From IMG/VR virus record IMGVR_UViG_3300025930_000007, positions 202,491-266,490 of that record: DNA of 64,000 bases; one strand, written 5' to 3'. The translations under genes were made by a program, and so were the position numbers. Below are positions 27,188 to 36,690 of this stretch, one piece after another; positions within the stretch are counted from its first letter, which is position 1; each line of letters begins with the position of its first letter. The notes beneath the pieces were generated by a model. The model was not told the DNA's origin and ran no database searches. It saw nothing but the letters and a program-made list of their open reading frames with translations.

Positions 27188-28289
27188 TCACCCGATACCG
27201 CCTGCCCATCATGGCGCCACCACCTCCTCCAGGATTGACGGCAACCATCGAGCTACCGCCATAGCTCGAAACGTTTTCGAAGCCGGAGGAATCCTGCTGG
27301 CAGGAATATCCTTGAGCCCTCAGGATTGCCATGGTCGTCGAATCCACGCCTCTCCGAACGTCATCTCCATAGCTGCAGGTGTAGGTAGCCTGAGTGAGCT
27401 GCGGATTCAACCCATTGGTATTAAGAAGACGCTGCTCGGGGGTCATCCCGCCGCCATAAGCGCTGCCATAGTTATACTGAGCAGCGGTGTTCCAGTTATA
27501 GAAACCGTGGCCGCTCTGATCCCCGCCGCTGTTCCAGGAATACATTTGGCCCAGGCGCCGACCTTCCATACCGGGCTTTCGGAACGAGCAGGGGTCGATG
27601 ATCCTCCAGGCTTCCGCCTGAATCTCGGGTGGGAGTTGGGAGACGATCACCTCAGCATTGTTGCGATAAGTCAGGATGTTTTGAGCGGCCATGTTGATGC
27701 CGTTCCGATTCTCCTGCATCTCCTGAACTGCAGCACTCTTGTCTGCCCCGATCTGATCGAGAGCGGCCTGGGCAGCTTTGTATTCGTCTGGATTCCGGTG
27801 AGTGTCATTCCAGATCTTTTCCTGCTGCGCGAGAACCTTCTCGGCATTGCCTTCCGCGACGACGAGATCCTGACGGCGCTTCGAAGCCTCGATGTACTTC
27901 GAGAAGAAGTAGGCATCGTTCGACCGCTCTGTATTGATCTTGTCGGCGATCGATGTCAGTTGAGAGACAGCCTCTGGATAGCTCGTTTCGAGGGCCGTCG
28001 GCGCGGCCATCCGGTGTCTGTGTCCAGAAAGCAGCAAATAGCCCGCAGCGGCTGCCGCTGCCACGCCACCGATAATGAGCGGAACATTGGCCCCTGGAGT
28101 AGGAGCCGACGCCGGGATTCCAGATCCGGATCCTGGCTTGCAGCCAGGCGGATAGTAGGTCCCATCCGCACAACGCTGCCCTCCTTCAGGCGTCGGCTCG
28201 CAGTTGGGTGACGTCTGGCCCAGCGTCGGGCCACGCAACGGCGTGACGGAGGCCCGTTCCCAAGGCGAGCGGCTGAAGAAGGTCTGCAT
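27174..28289 (-). CDS. orphan TM/coiled-coil protein with LGQ motifs (putative virion polyprotein)
   Basis: PTLGQTS, TM, coiled coil, RRLGQMY, AMMGRRY. Confidence 0.75.
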   Translation of the reverse strand: MQTFFSRSPWERASVTPLRGPTLGQTSPNCEPTPEGGQRCADGTYYPPGCKPGSGSGIPASAPTPGANVPLIIGGVAAAAAAGYLLLSGHRHRMAAPTALETSYPEAVSQLTSIADKINTERSNDAYFFSKYIEASKRRQDLVVAEGNAEKVLAQQEKIWNDTHRNPDEYKAAQAALDQIGADKSAAVQEMQENRNGINMAAQNILTYRNNAEVIVSQLPPEIQAEAWRIIDPCSFRKPGMEGRRLGQMYSWNSGGDQSGHGFYNWNTAAQYNYGSAYGGGMTPEQRLLNTNGLNPQLTQATYTCSYGDDVRRGVDSTTMAILRAQGYSCQQDSSGFENVSSYGGSSMVAVNPGGGGGAMMGRRYRVINSQ

Positions 28290-28297
28290 ATGGTCTC

Positions 28298-28753
28298 CTA
28301 GGCGTTCGAAGACAGGTTGGTGACGCCGTTCACCTCAAGCGCGATCAGCACGGCCGTGCCGGTGATCAGCCAAAATGCCGGATTGCCAAGGAAGGACATC
28401 GAATCCTCTGATCCGGGCCCCGACAGTGCAGGAGCTTGATAGCCCTCACGCATCCTGGGATATGGCTTCCAGGCCTCTCCTCCCGGCCGGGCTCTGAACG
28501 AAACCTTGCCCCTGGGAGAGGCCGCAGCAGCAGCAAAAGGATCTCCACCATCTGATGGAAATGAAGCTTGCTCTATCTTCTTGTGCGCCGGCTTGAAGTA
28601 GTCGTAGAAATCGCGCGTCTTGGCGGAAGGGCCTGGCACCGGTGTCTTTGGTGAAAACACATCGTAGATCGAGCTGCCCTTGGGCTTGGGCTTCAGGAAG
28701 TCGAACAGCTCATCGGATTTCCCAAGGGATCCAGGGCCCCAATGATTCATCAT
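28298..28753 (-). CDS. orphan protein with C-terminal TM
   Basis: repeated (F/Y)D(F/Y/V)(L/F)xP motif; C-terminal hydrophobic helix. Confidence 0.7.
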   Translation of the reverse strand: MMNHWGPGSLGKSDELFDFLKPKPKGSSIYDVFSPKTPVPGPSAKTRDFYDYFKPAHKKIEQASFPSDGGDPFAAAAASPRGKVSFRARPGGEAWKPYPRMREGYQAPALSGPGSEDSMSFLGNPAFWLITGTAVLIALEVNGVTNLSSNA

Positions 28754-28799
28754 GAGAAAAAACCATTTCGGGCGGAATGAGTTCTACCGGACCTTTAGA

Positions 28800-28856
28800 C
28801 CGCCCAGGGGGACTGGACGGACAGCTTAATCATACCGCTTAACCTTGGGACTTCAA
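28800..28856 (-). promoter_or_regulatory. promoter + C-rich-loop leader hairpin
   Basis: TTGAAG-16-TATGAT then CCGTCCAG-TCCCC-CTGGGCGG. Confidence 0.65.
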
Positions 28857-28875
28857 TGGGTTTTTCCCTGTCCGT

Positions 28876-29922
28876 TTATAGCGGTTCAGGCTCCGGTGTA
28901 GGGATGACCCGCATCGTGCCGATCGACATTTCCAACGGGAACGGATGGAAGATCGGACTCCATTTATGTTCGAACTCTTTGTATTCGAGATAGGCTCTCC
29001 AGACCATGTCATCGGAAAGCAGATAATGCATTCGCTCGACCAGTTCCGTAGCGGACTTCACGTATTTGCGATTACGTCCCGCAATGGCCTCGCTGCTCGC
29101 ATGCATGCCGAGATGTTTGACCAATCGCATCAAATAGTCCCCGGCGTCTTGCTTGGCACGCTCCTCGTTCGTATGACGCCCCGCATGGGAGGCCCCGCCG
29201 AAATCGGCATACTGAACAAGCCAGCTCCTCATGGCGCCGAGACCCATACCCTTGTCCTTGGGGAATAGCCGTCTGAGAATCCCTTCTCTGAAGGCCTCGA
29301 GGAATTGCCTTTCGGACTCTTCGTCCTGATAAGGGAACTTCCCTTCCAGCGCTCTTTCAGACGCCACGATTGCCTTCAAGAATTGCTCTTGCGTGATCCG
29401 GATGTTCTTCAGTTGGGCTTTATTGGAGACGACCTCCAGGAGATCTTCTACGATCGCAGCCATCTTGTCTTCACGGCGATTGATGGCAAGCGTAATCTTT
29501 CCTTTTTCAGCATATTTCTCAATGGGACGAATCTTCGTGCGTTCGATGAACGGAATCTTGTTTTTTAGGCCGGTTTCTGGAGAGCCCTCGACAATCACTG
29601 TGCCGATTTTTGCGTAGAGTGGCCGCCCGAACTCATTTTCGAAGCGAAGGTAGAAGTCCTCCCAAAGATCGTAGGCATCCCAAACCTTCCCTGCCTGGAT
29701 AAGCTGCTGTATCTGAGGGATCAGGTATTGCATCCCCTCGAAGAATTCAGGATGCTCAGGAGCCTCGAATTCGCCGCCTTCCGAAAGAAAGTGCTCCAGA
29801 TTTCTCCTGATCCATGTACCGAGCAGGTATCCCACTTCGCCCGACGCGCTCGCCTCGTTGTTGTGGATGGTAGGCGAGCCGACTTCCAGGGGATAGGCCC
29901 ATTGGACCTTATAGCGTTTCAT
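28876..29922 (-). CDS. orphan protein with two copies of an unknown domain
   Basis: repeated VW.AY..W/Y..F...PL...IGT motif. Confidence 0.75.
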   Translation of the reverse strand: MKRYKVQWAYPLEVGSPTIHNNEASASGEVGYLLGTWIRRNLEHFLSEGGEFEAPEHPEFFEGMQYLIPQIQQLIQAGKVWDAYDLWEDFYLRFENEFGRPLYAKIGTVIVEGSPETGLKNKIPFIERTKIRPIEKYAEKGKITLAINRREDKMAAIVEDLLEVVSNKAQLKNIRITQEQFLKAIVASERALEGKFPYQDEESERQFLEAFREGILRRLFPKDKGMGLGAMRSWLVQYADFGGASHAGRHTNEERAKQDAGDYLMRLVKHLGMHASSEAIAGRNRKYVKSATELVERMHYLLSDDMVWRAYLEYKEFEHKWSPIFHPFPLEMSIGTMRVIPTPEPEPL

Positions 29923-30568
29923 GGGTGAACCCAAAATGGTGAAAGGTGTCCCGCCTGGTCAACCGATACCAGTGTTCGATGTTCTTCGGGTCTTTCACTT
30001 CCTCGTCGTAGCTCTTGGAGATCGTCATCACCGTATTCATGATCTCGGCGAAGGGCGGAGGCTGGGCGCCGCTGTCTACGAACCTCTGGTTGACCTCCGT
30101 AGCGATCGTCCTCCAGGTCTCGTGCAGCGTCTTGAGGAAATTCCACTGCCAGTCCATCTGTTTCCCGCGATCCATGCTTCGTGCCAAGCTTTCGGCTGGG
30201 TGGTACTTGGGTGTCACGGTGGGCCCTGGTCCGTCCACGATGACCGTTCCGATCAGGACCCAGAGCGGCGTTGGAAGAACGTCTTCCCAACGATTCATGA
30301 ACCGATGCCATTCGTCGTAGGCGCCCCAGACTTCATCGTCCTCGAGGAGGACGCCCAGGGATTCGAGCATCTGCTGGGCATCCTCGATGAATCCAGGGAA
30401 GTTCCGTTCATAGCCCCAGACGGTCGCATATTGGGGCAACTCTTCATCGAATTTCGATGCAAGAGCGGCAAGATGCCGGGCAGTGTCGACTTTGGCGATC
30501 TCCTCCAAGGCATGGACGCTCGTGCAGTCCTTCTTGAAGTCCAGGATCCTGCAAATCCGCCAAGACAT
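29909..30568 (-). CDS. orphan protein, paralogous domain to 28876-29922
   Basis: GGAG RBS; VWGAYDEW..F..PLWVLIGTVIV. Confidence 0.75.
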   Translation of the reverse strand: MSWRICRILDFKKDCTSVHALEEIAKVDTARHLAALASKFDEELPQYATVWGYERNFPGFIEDAQQMLESLGVLLEDDEVWGAYDEWHRFMNRWEDVLPTPLWVLIGTVIVDGPGPTVTPKYHPAESLARSMDRGKQMDWQWNFLKTLHETWRTIATEVNQRFVDSGAQPPPFAEIMNTVMTISKSYDEEVKDPKNIEHWYRLTRRDTFHHFGFTHETL

Positions 30569-30584
30569 TAGAGGATCTCCATGT

Positions 30585-30628
30585 CCGCGGCGGGGGAGGG
30601 TGAGCTGCGGCAAGAAGAAGATACCATA
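30585..30628 (-). promoter_or_regulatory. -10 box + C-rich-loop leader hairpin
   Basis: TATGGT then CCGCAGC-TCACCCTCCCCC-GCCGCGG. Confidence 0.6.
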
Positions 30629-30635
30629 CCTCGGC

Positions 30636-30697
30636 TGGACTAACAAGCCACTACAAGCTATGATTCTGGGAGCGGCAACACCCTCCCCCTCGCCGCT
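30636..30697 (+). promoter_or_regulatory. promoter + C-rich-loop leader hairpin
   Basis: TGGACT-17-TATGAT then AGCGGC-AACACCCTCCCCCTC-GCCGCT. Confidence 0.65.
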
Positions 30698-30715
30698 GAT
30701 CGACTTGAGGATTCC

Positions 30716-32044
30716 ATGAGTCTGATCACCGGCCCCGTAGCGCTAATGCGTCTGGTCACCGTCGAGACCGTCACCGACCTCGATCGCCTTATGACCAGGA
30801 TGGGCCTGCCGTCTCAGGATGCTTCCGTCGAGACCAAGTTCAACGGATGGCTCACCCAGGCCGCCGGCGGCCGCCTCTACTCGCGGCGTGGGAAGGATCT
30901 CACCGACAAGTTTCCGCATATCGCCAAGCTGGTCGCTCCTTTCAAGAAAGAGCATCTGATCGGTGAGCTCGTCTATTTCGACGAGAACGGCGTCATGCAG
31001 GAGCCAGCCGTCACGACCATCGCGGGGACCAAGGATCATCGCGAAGCCATCCGGAAGATGAAGGAGATGCCAGGACACTTCGATTATGTGGTCTTCGACG
31101 TCCTGGCCGCAGACGGGCACGACATCACCGATCAGCCGACCTCTGTTCGGCGCGCAGTTTTGGACGAATGCTTCTGCAATTCCGGGCTCACGCTCTCCAA
31201 TCCTCAGCCTCTTTCCATGCTCCAGAAAGTCTATGACGAAGGCGTCGCGGCCGGCGCCGATGGCGTCGTGATCAAGAATCTCAGGGCACCCTATCTCTGG
31301 AAACCCTTCGGTCAAAGCGAAGTCCAGCCTGTTGGATACTGGTGGAAGCTCAAGCCAGCCTTCACGGACAACTTTGTGGTCACCGGGGTCCACTACGGAC
31401 CAAAGGGAAGATTGCTGGCCACTCTCTCTCAATATCACCGTGGACAGCTTGTCGACGTCTCCGATGTCGGCAATTTTGCCGCGCCGGTCGCCAAAGAATT
31501 CATTCAGCGCATCACCAAAGGGCCATTCCTGGTTGAGATCGAATATCTCTCCAGATTCCCTGATCCTCCGGGAGCTCTCCAGCATCCACGCTTCATCCGT
31601 TTCCGCGAAGACCAGGACCTCGACTCAGCTCAGCTACCGGCAAAATACGGAATGCACGGGCCATCGATTGGCGTTCCGCTTCGCGGTTATGCAAACTACT
31701 GGATCAAGCCCGATGGCGAAGTAATCGAGTTCACCGAGCCCGAGACTCATGAACTCTATTCTTGGGATGCTGGTTTCGGGACCGTTGGCGAGGCGATCGA
31801 GGCTGGCTGGATCCGCGCCTTCGAATATCGGGACAAATTGGGCTTCGACCTCTTGAATATTGAGGACCCCAACACATTCTCCAGACTGACTGAATTCCTA
31901 GAAAAGTTCTACGCCGAGCATGGCCCCTTCAGCGCCGTAATCGACTTCACGCTTCCGCAACACGGCTTCATCACCATCGATCCCGAAGATCTTTCCTCCG
32001 AATCCATCCCGGATCTCCTTCGGATCGGTCTTCGGAGAGCGTAA
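30716..32044 (+). CDS. ATP-dependent DNA ligase with extra C-terminal domain
   Basis: ETKFNG (I), LYSRRG, IGEL (III), VFDVL (IIIa), DGVVIK (IV), WWKLK (V), HPRFIRFRED (VI). Confidence 0.85.
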   Translation: MSLITGPVALMRLVTVETVTDLDRLMTRMGLPSQDASVETKFNGWLTQAAGGRLYSRRGKDLTDKFPHIAKLVAPFKKEHLIGELVYFDENGVMQEPAVTTIAGTKDHREAIRKMKEMPGHFDYVVFDVLAADGHDITDQPTSVRRAVLDECFCNSGLTLSNPQPLSMLQKVYDEGVAAGADGVVIKNLRAPYLWKPFGQSEVQPVGYWWKLKPAFTDNFVVTGVHYGPKGRLLATLSQYHRGQLVDVSDVGNFAAPVAKEFIQRITKGPFLVEIEYLSRFPDPPGALQHPRFIRFREDQDLDSAQLPAKYGMHGPSIGVPLRGYANYWIKPDGEVIEFTEPETHELYSWDAGFGTVGEAIEAGWIRAFEYRDKLGFDLLNIEDPNTFSRLTEFLEKFYAEHGPFSAVIDFTLPQHGFITIDPEDLSSESIPDLLRIGLRRA

Positions 32045-32045
32045 G

Positions 32046-32654
32046 ATGCCGCTTTTCGACCTCCGGGAACACTTCGGCATCTGGGACAGATGTGGCAACT
32101 CTCGCTTCTTCAAGAAACAGTCCAAGACATCCAGGATCTATCTAAATCCTCTTGATGGAGTTCTTGTATCCGCCCACGAGGAGCATCATGGACCAGGATA
32201 CTCCGGTCCAAAGACATATACCCTTATCGTACGCGAAGCCAAGAGGGCTTCCGATGAAGAGGTCGCAAAGAGCTATGAACGAAATCAGCCATGGGTCGAA
32301 CAGGCTCTGAAGCAGTTCTTTTACTATCAAGCCATGGGCTGGGCCTTGGATGCAATCAGAGAAGTTACTGGGCAGAGACAACTTCCAGGCGATAGGGACA
32401 TGGGTAACTTCCTGAACTTTTATAAATCCGGCGGCGAGAAATACCGGAAAGAGGGCGGCCGTGATTATGAGCAATTCTACTGGGAAGGCAGCACCCTAAA
32501 AGATCGCGGAGATCAGCCGATGCTTGAAGAAGTTCTCGAAGCAATCCTTCGGACGGTCTCCGAAATGAAAAGCACCATTGTCGACTACGGTAGAAGCATT
32601 TCGGAAGCCGATGTTGAGGAAGCTCTGGGTAGCCTCGGCATCCTGGAGTGCTAG
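32046..32654 (+). CDS. hypothetical protein
   Basis: ORF in + operon. Confidence 0.7.
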   Translation: MPLFDLREHFGIWDRCGNSRFFKKQSKTSRIYLNPLDGVLVSAHEEHHGPGYSGPKTYTLIVREAKRASDEEVAKSYERNQPWVEQALKQFFYYQAMGWALDAIREVTGQRQLPGDRDMGNFLNFYKSGGEKYRKEGGRDYEQFYWEGSTLKDRGDQPMLEEVLEAILRTVSEMKSTIVDYGRSISEADVEEALGSLGILEC

Positions 32655-32657
32655 AAG

Positions 32658-33854
32658 ATGATCGTCTATGTCGGAGCTGGATCGGGAGAATTCCGGGATC
32701 TGGTGATCGCGGCCGGACATGGCCAGATGGTCTCCCCGCAACCCGGCGCCTTCCGCATACCGAAGCACGGACGGTGGGTCTTCGATAACGGAGCCTATAC
32801 CGATTGGCTCAACGGTGTCACTTTTGATGATGCAAATTACCTGAAGAGACTCTCTCAGATCTCCTTCCTCTCGGACGATAGAATTCCCGACTGGTGCGTC
32901 GTCCCGGACATCGTCGCGGATCCGACCAGCCTTTCCTATTCGCTCCGCTGGCGCCAGGCGCTCTACGATGCCGATCGCCGGCTCCGCTGGTATCTCGCGA
33001 TCCAGGACTTCATGACTCCCGAAGACGTCCTCCACGCCCTTTGCCTCGAACCGTTCGACGGCCTCTTCATCGGTGGATCGACCGACTGGAAATGGGAAAC
33101 CGCGGCCAAATGGATCCAGTGGGGCCATGAACACGGTCTTCCCGTCCATCTGGCGCGCGTCAATGGACCAGGCCCTCTCCAAGCTGCCTTTGATGTGGGC
33201 GCCGATTCCATCGACGGAACCGGTTGGGTTCGCGCCGGCGCCAAGTGGTATCCGGCCCTGAAGAACGTTCCCGTCCCTTCGACGGGACTCTTCGACAGGG
33301 AACATCCGGAGATCCCCAAGCGCTGGCTCAAGTTCGGCCAGTATCTCCAGAGCATCTGGGGTGAGCGCGACTGGAAGCGTTGGGCGAAGGTCGAAGTGCC
33401 CTCTCTTCAGAATGTCGCGGCCTTCAACGCCATGAGCCCCGACGAATTCCTCTCCTGGATTGAGAACGAATACGTCTCAAAAGCTCCATCTGGTCCTGAG
33501 GATTGGCGCGGGAAAACCGCCCAGCTTTACCTCGATGAGGTCCGGAAGAAGGTGAGTGAAGTGGATGAAAAGGAGCTCGAAATCTGGAAACGATGGGTCC
33601 TGTGGGAGATCGAAAGGATCCTCGTCACCCCTATACCGCCGGCCCCAGAGATGCCCAGGTACGGAATCGTAGAAGGCAAGGCCTTGCCGCTTCCGAAAGC
33701 TCTGGAACTGACCAAGGGACAGCTTGAAAAATGCGAGCAGACCGGAACCGAAATCATCATGGTTCACGGGCCTGGTGGACAGGTGCTTGCCTCTTACCCC
33801 GTCGTCAGAGCAACATCCTCTGAACAGGCTCTACGGATGATGCGGGAGCCATAA
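32658..33854 (+). CDS. TGT/DpdA-like TIM-barrel protein with C-terminal extension
   Basis: DNGAY, PDIV, LAIQD, FIGGS..WK, VHLARVN, DSIDGT. Confidence 0.65.
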   Translation: MIVYVGAGSGEFRDLVIAAGHGQMVSPQPGAFRIPKHGRWVFDNGAYTDWLNGVTFDDANYLKRLSQISFLSDDRIPDWCVVPDIVADPTSLSYSLRWRQALYDADRRLRWYLAIQDFMTPEDVLHALCLEPFDGLFIGGSTDWKWETAAKWIQWGHEHGLPVHLARVNGPGPLQAAFDVGADSIDGTGWVRAGAKWYPALKNVPVPSTGLFDREHPEIPKRWLKFGQYLQSIWGERDWKRWAKVEVPSLQNVAAFNAMSPDEFLSWIENEYVSKAPSGPEDWRGKTAQLYLDEVRKKVSEVDEKELEIWKRWVLWEIERILVTPIPPAPEMPRYGIVEGKALPLPKALELTKGQLEKCEQTGTEIIMVHGPGGQVLASYPVVRATSSEQALRMMREP

Positions 33855-34293
33855 CTCCCGGCGCAAGATATTCGAGAGCCTTCTCCACCTCTTCCGGAAG
33901 CGGCTTTAAGCCCTGCATCCCCGTAAACGGATAAGGTTTCACGAGCCGCAGGTTCCTCGTCTGCCAGGCGAAGCGTTTCGGCATGTAATTCCCAAGGATC
34001 GCTTCCATGGGCTCCGGCTTCGCGAGCTCAGTCTTCACGCAGTCGAAGAGATCCACGACCGCGATGATGGAGCCCAGCGGCCAGTTCCTGGGGATCTCGA
34101 TCTTGACGCCGGCATCCTCAAGAATGTCTTCTGCCAGCTCTTCTGGAGTACCGTCCTTGATGGCGGTCTTGTTCTTGGCGACGTGGATCGCGAGGAGACC
34201 CCGATAGCTGGTCGACCAGCTCCTTGTCTCCCATTTCTTGTATCCGAGAGCCATGAAGGATCCCCAGGGCTCCCAGAGCGACAGGATCTTCAT
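33805..34293 (-). CDS. ASCH domain protein
   Basis: LSLWEPW...G.KKWETRSW...RGLLAIH. Confidence 0.85.
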   Translation of the reverse strand: MKILSLWEPWGSFMALGYKKWETRSWSTSYRGLLAIHVAKNKTAIKDGTPEELAEDILEDAGVKIEIPRNWPLGSIIAVVDLFDCVKTELAKPEPMEAILGNYMPKRFAWQTRNLRLVKPYPFTGMQGLKPLPEEVEKALEYLAPGVMAPASSVEPVQRMLL

Positions 34294-34294
34294 G

Positions 34295-34606
34295 CTAGCG
34301 AAGCCCATCCCGCGGCCGCTGCTGCGTGAGCCGCCATTTTGCCTGCCAGGGCGACGCGATCTCTCGTACCGGAGATTGAAAGACCGGATTTCGAATGGGC
34401 TTCGGCTTCTTTTCCTTGGGTTCCGGAGGAGGAAGAATGACCGTAACCTCTTTTCGAATCGTGATCTGGTAGGTGGCGACGTTGTTGTCCGTGATTTCGG
34501 TATGGCTCATCGGGATGGTGCTATCCGCAGTGAGCGGATGCTGATGGATTTCAACGGTTGGCGAGCAATTGGTGCTCGTGGGTGTGTAATTGAGCTGCAT
34601 GAACAT
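34295..34606 (-). CDS. hypothetical protein
   Basis: ORF abutting ASCH gene. Confidence 0.5.
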   Translation of the reverse strand: MFMQLNYTPTSTNCSPTVEIHQHPLTADSTIPMSHTEITDNNVATYQITIRKEVTVILPPPEPKEKKPKPIRNPVFQSPVREIASPWQAKWRLTQQRPRDGLR

Positions 34607-34652
34607 GTTAAACGAGTTTACTGCTCCTCGTTTTTCATGTCAAGCTATGCGT

Positions 34653-35129
34653 CTACTTAGGCTTACCGACGACGATGCTCGCCAGCACCACAAGAGCGCC
34701 GATCTCCGTCCAGAAGGCGATCTTGTTGAGCATCGAACCGTTCCCGGTGAGGAGCTGAGTGGCGCCGGCGCCCAGGCCTACGAGCGCCGCCGTCACGCCG
34801 ATCGGCGTGCTGTTATTCGAAGGTGCTGCGGCTGGGGTTGCTTGGCCCATTTCACGGATGGAATGGCAGAAGCCGTCATATCCCATCACTTCATCCGGTG
34901 TGCAGAACTGATCGTCGATTGGCCGCCTGTTGTAACTACCCATCTGCATGATCGGCTGGCAGGTCCCATCGGCGCCGACCTCTTCATTGGGGCCACAGAG
35001 CCCATTCTCGAATGGAGCACGATGGGTCATGACGCCGAAGCCGCGCTCAAAGCTATGCCCGGCGCCGCCGAAGCCGCCGCCGCCACGGCCGAGATTGAGG
35101 CGCAGGGTTGTCGGTTTCCAGGTGTACAT
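34653..35129 (-). CDS. orphan protein with LG/MGQ motifs, Cys repeats and C-terminal TMs
   Basis: RLNLGR, C.P.E..G.DG.C x2, REMGQAT, two TMs. Confidence 0.75.
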   Translation of the reverse strand: MYTWKPTTLRLNLGRGGGGFGGAGHSFERGFGVMTHRAPFENGLCGPNEEVGADGTCQPIMQMGSYNRRPIDDQFCTPDEVMGYDGFCHSIREMGQATPAAAPSNNSTPIGVTAALVGLGAGATQLLTGNGSMLNKIAFWTEIGALVVLASIVVGKPK

Positions 35130-35151
35130 GGAATCCCCCCTATTGTAGAAA

Positions 35152-35211
35152 CTGGTCGCCGGGGGAAGCGACCGGACAGCCTGATTATACTTTGAGCCCA
35201 GGCGATCTCAA
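35152..35211 (-). promoter_or_regulatory. promoter + C-rich-loop leader hairpin
   Basis: TTGAGA-16-TATAAT then GGTCGC-TTCCCCCG-GCGACC. Confidence 0.7.
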
Positions 35212-35412
35212 CGGGAATTTAGACCAACAGCCACACCAATAAGTACGATGACCGCAGGAATCGAATAGGACATTGAGGTCCCAAGTAATCTTGAAAGTCC
35301 TATTCCACATCAAGCCATAGAGCACCACGCCGTAGGGCTTGTACAAGATCTCGATTCCCCACCATCCAAAACGAAGCTGCAGCCACGGAGCCCATGGAAT
35401 CGTCAGTAGCAT
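35185..35412 (-). CDS. Trp-rich hypothetical protein
   Basis: ORF filling intergenic space. Confidence 0.45.
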   Translation of the reverse strand: MLLTIPWAPWLQLRFGWWGIEILYKPYGVVLYGLMWNRTFKITWDLNVLFDSCGHRTYWCGCWSKFPLRSPGLKV

Positions 35413-35465
35413 GGCTTCACCCGGTTACTGGTATACCGCCGTTTACGAGTCATCGCATTTTCTTC

Positions 35466-35530
35466 TTGACTGCGGTATCGGGCGGCGGTAGATTCTGGTT
35501 GTCCGCCCGACGCTGCCCTCCCCAGGCAGC
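35466..35530 (+). ncRNA. candidate small RNA / orphan promoter + C-rich-loop hairpin
   Basis: TTGACT-17-TAGATT then GCTGCC-CTCCCCA-GGCAGC with no plausible + gene downstream. Confidence 0.4.
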
Positions 35531-35541
35531 CCCAGAAGTAT

Positions 35542-36684
35542 CTAGATCTTCACTCCAGGATTCGGAATCGTCCCGCGCTCCAAGCTCTCATCCGAGGTGA
35601 TTCCGAACTCCTGCTCGAGGGCCCGAACAAGATTGCTGGCGTTGTCGGGAAGATCCGCCATCTTCAGCATTTGAGGCCAGAACGGACCGAAGGCATAGAA
35701 TCCAGCGATGGGCACTGCGTCGATCATCGACATCGTAGGATTCGGCTTCAAGACCCATGCCGTCCGGACACCTGCGGCGCCGCCGGTGAACTGCCCATTG
35801 GCGACATACCCGGTCCCGATCAACCCAGGGATGCCGTGATGGATTCTCTGGATCATTCTCCAGAAGCCTTCCCGCAATTTCTCATGTTGCGGGTCTCCAC
35901 GTTTCCGCGCTCCCTCAAGAGTCGGGATCATGGTCACGTACGGCATCTCGATCGGCTCGACCACTTCAAAGTAGGGAAGATCCTGGCCGAGGCCGGCGAG
36001 CGCAAGAGCTCTCTTCCAACCTTCATCGGCAACTGCGGGATATTTCAATCCTTCCTTCTGGATCGAATGAGCGATCTTCTGGACGGCCGGGCTATCCATC
36101 ATTCTCATCAGCTTCGGGCCATAGTGCTTTTCGAGAAGCCGGACGACTTCCTGATGAGGAACGAGCAGAAAGCGGAAGTGCATGGTTTCTGGCTTTCGTC
36201 CGAAGTGAGCCTCGAAGTCCGCCGTCTGCCGGAGCGCGTCTTTCTGGCTAAGGGATGGAAGCTCTAAGAAGGAGTACGTGTCTCCAGGCGCGTAACAGCG
36301 TCTCTCGAAGATGACTCCATCGCAGCTATCCACCCTTCCCAAGGATCCCGACAGCACCATCTCCCTGCCCCAATCCCCCTCGTTTTCCAGGGTCCAGGCA
36401 ATCGACTTGGAACCATATTCGGCCGCGAGCGGCCGGGGGCCTTCGGGAGTCTGTGTCATGACGACGATCTTGCCGTCGGGATCCTCTTCCCACCAGAAGT
36501 CAAAGGCCGAGAGGTACTTCCGGAGACTTTCGGATCCGGATTTGGTCTCTCTGCGAGCCAGAGCCGAGACATGCTCGATCCTGAAGGTATGCTGTCCCCG
36601 GACGAGGACTAGATCCGGTTTCAGGTAAGCAAGCTCAGCCAGGACGTTGGCCAGAGGCCGCCTTTGACTCGGCCTATGCGCCAT
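35542..36684 (-). CDS. orphan multidomain protein
   Basis: 380-aa ORF; possible degenerate ParB-like middle segment; LSGSLGR linker. Confidence 0.7.
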   Translation of the reverse strand: MAHRPSQRRPLANVLAELAYLKPDLVLVRGQHTFRIEHVSALARRETKSGSESLRKYLSAFDFWWEEDPDGKIVVMTQTPEGPRPLAAEYGSKSIAWTLENEGDWGREMVLSGSLGRVDSCDGVIFERRCYAPGDTYSFLELPSLSQKDALRQTADFEAHFGRKPETMHFRFLLVPHQEVVRLLEKHYGPKLMRMMDSPAVQKIAHSIQKEGLKYPAVADEGWKRALALAGLGQDLPYFEVVEPIEMPYVTMIPTLEGARKRGDPQHEKLREGFWRMIQRIHHGIPGLIGTGYVANGQFTGGAAGVRTAWVLKPNPTMSMIDAVPIAGFYAFGPFWPQMLKMADLPDNASNLVRALEQEFGITSDESLERGTIPNPGVKI

Positions 36685-36690
36685 ACCGGC

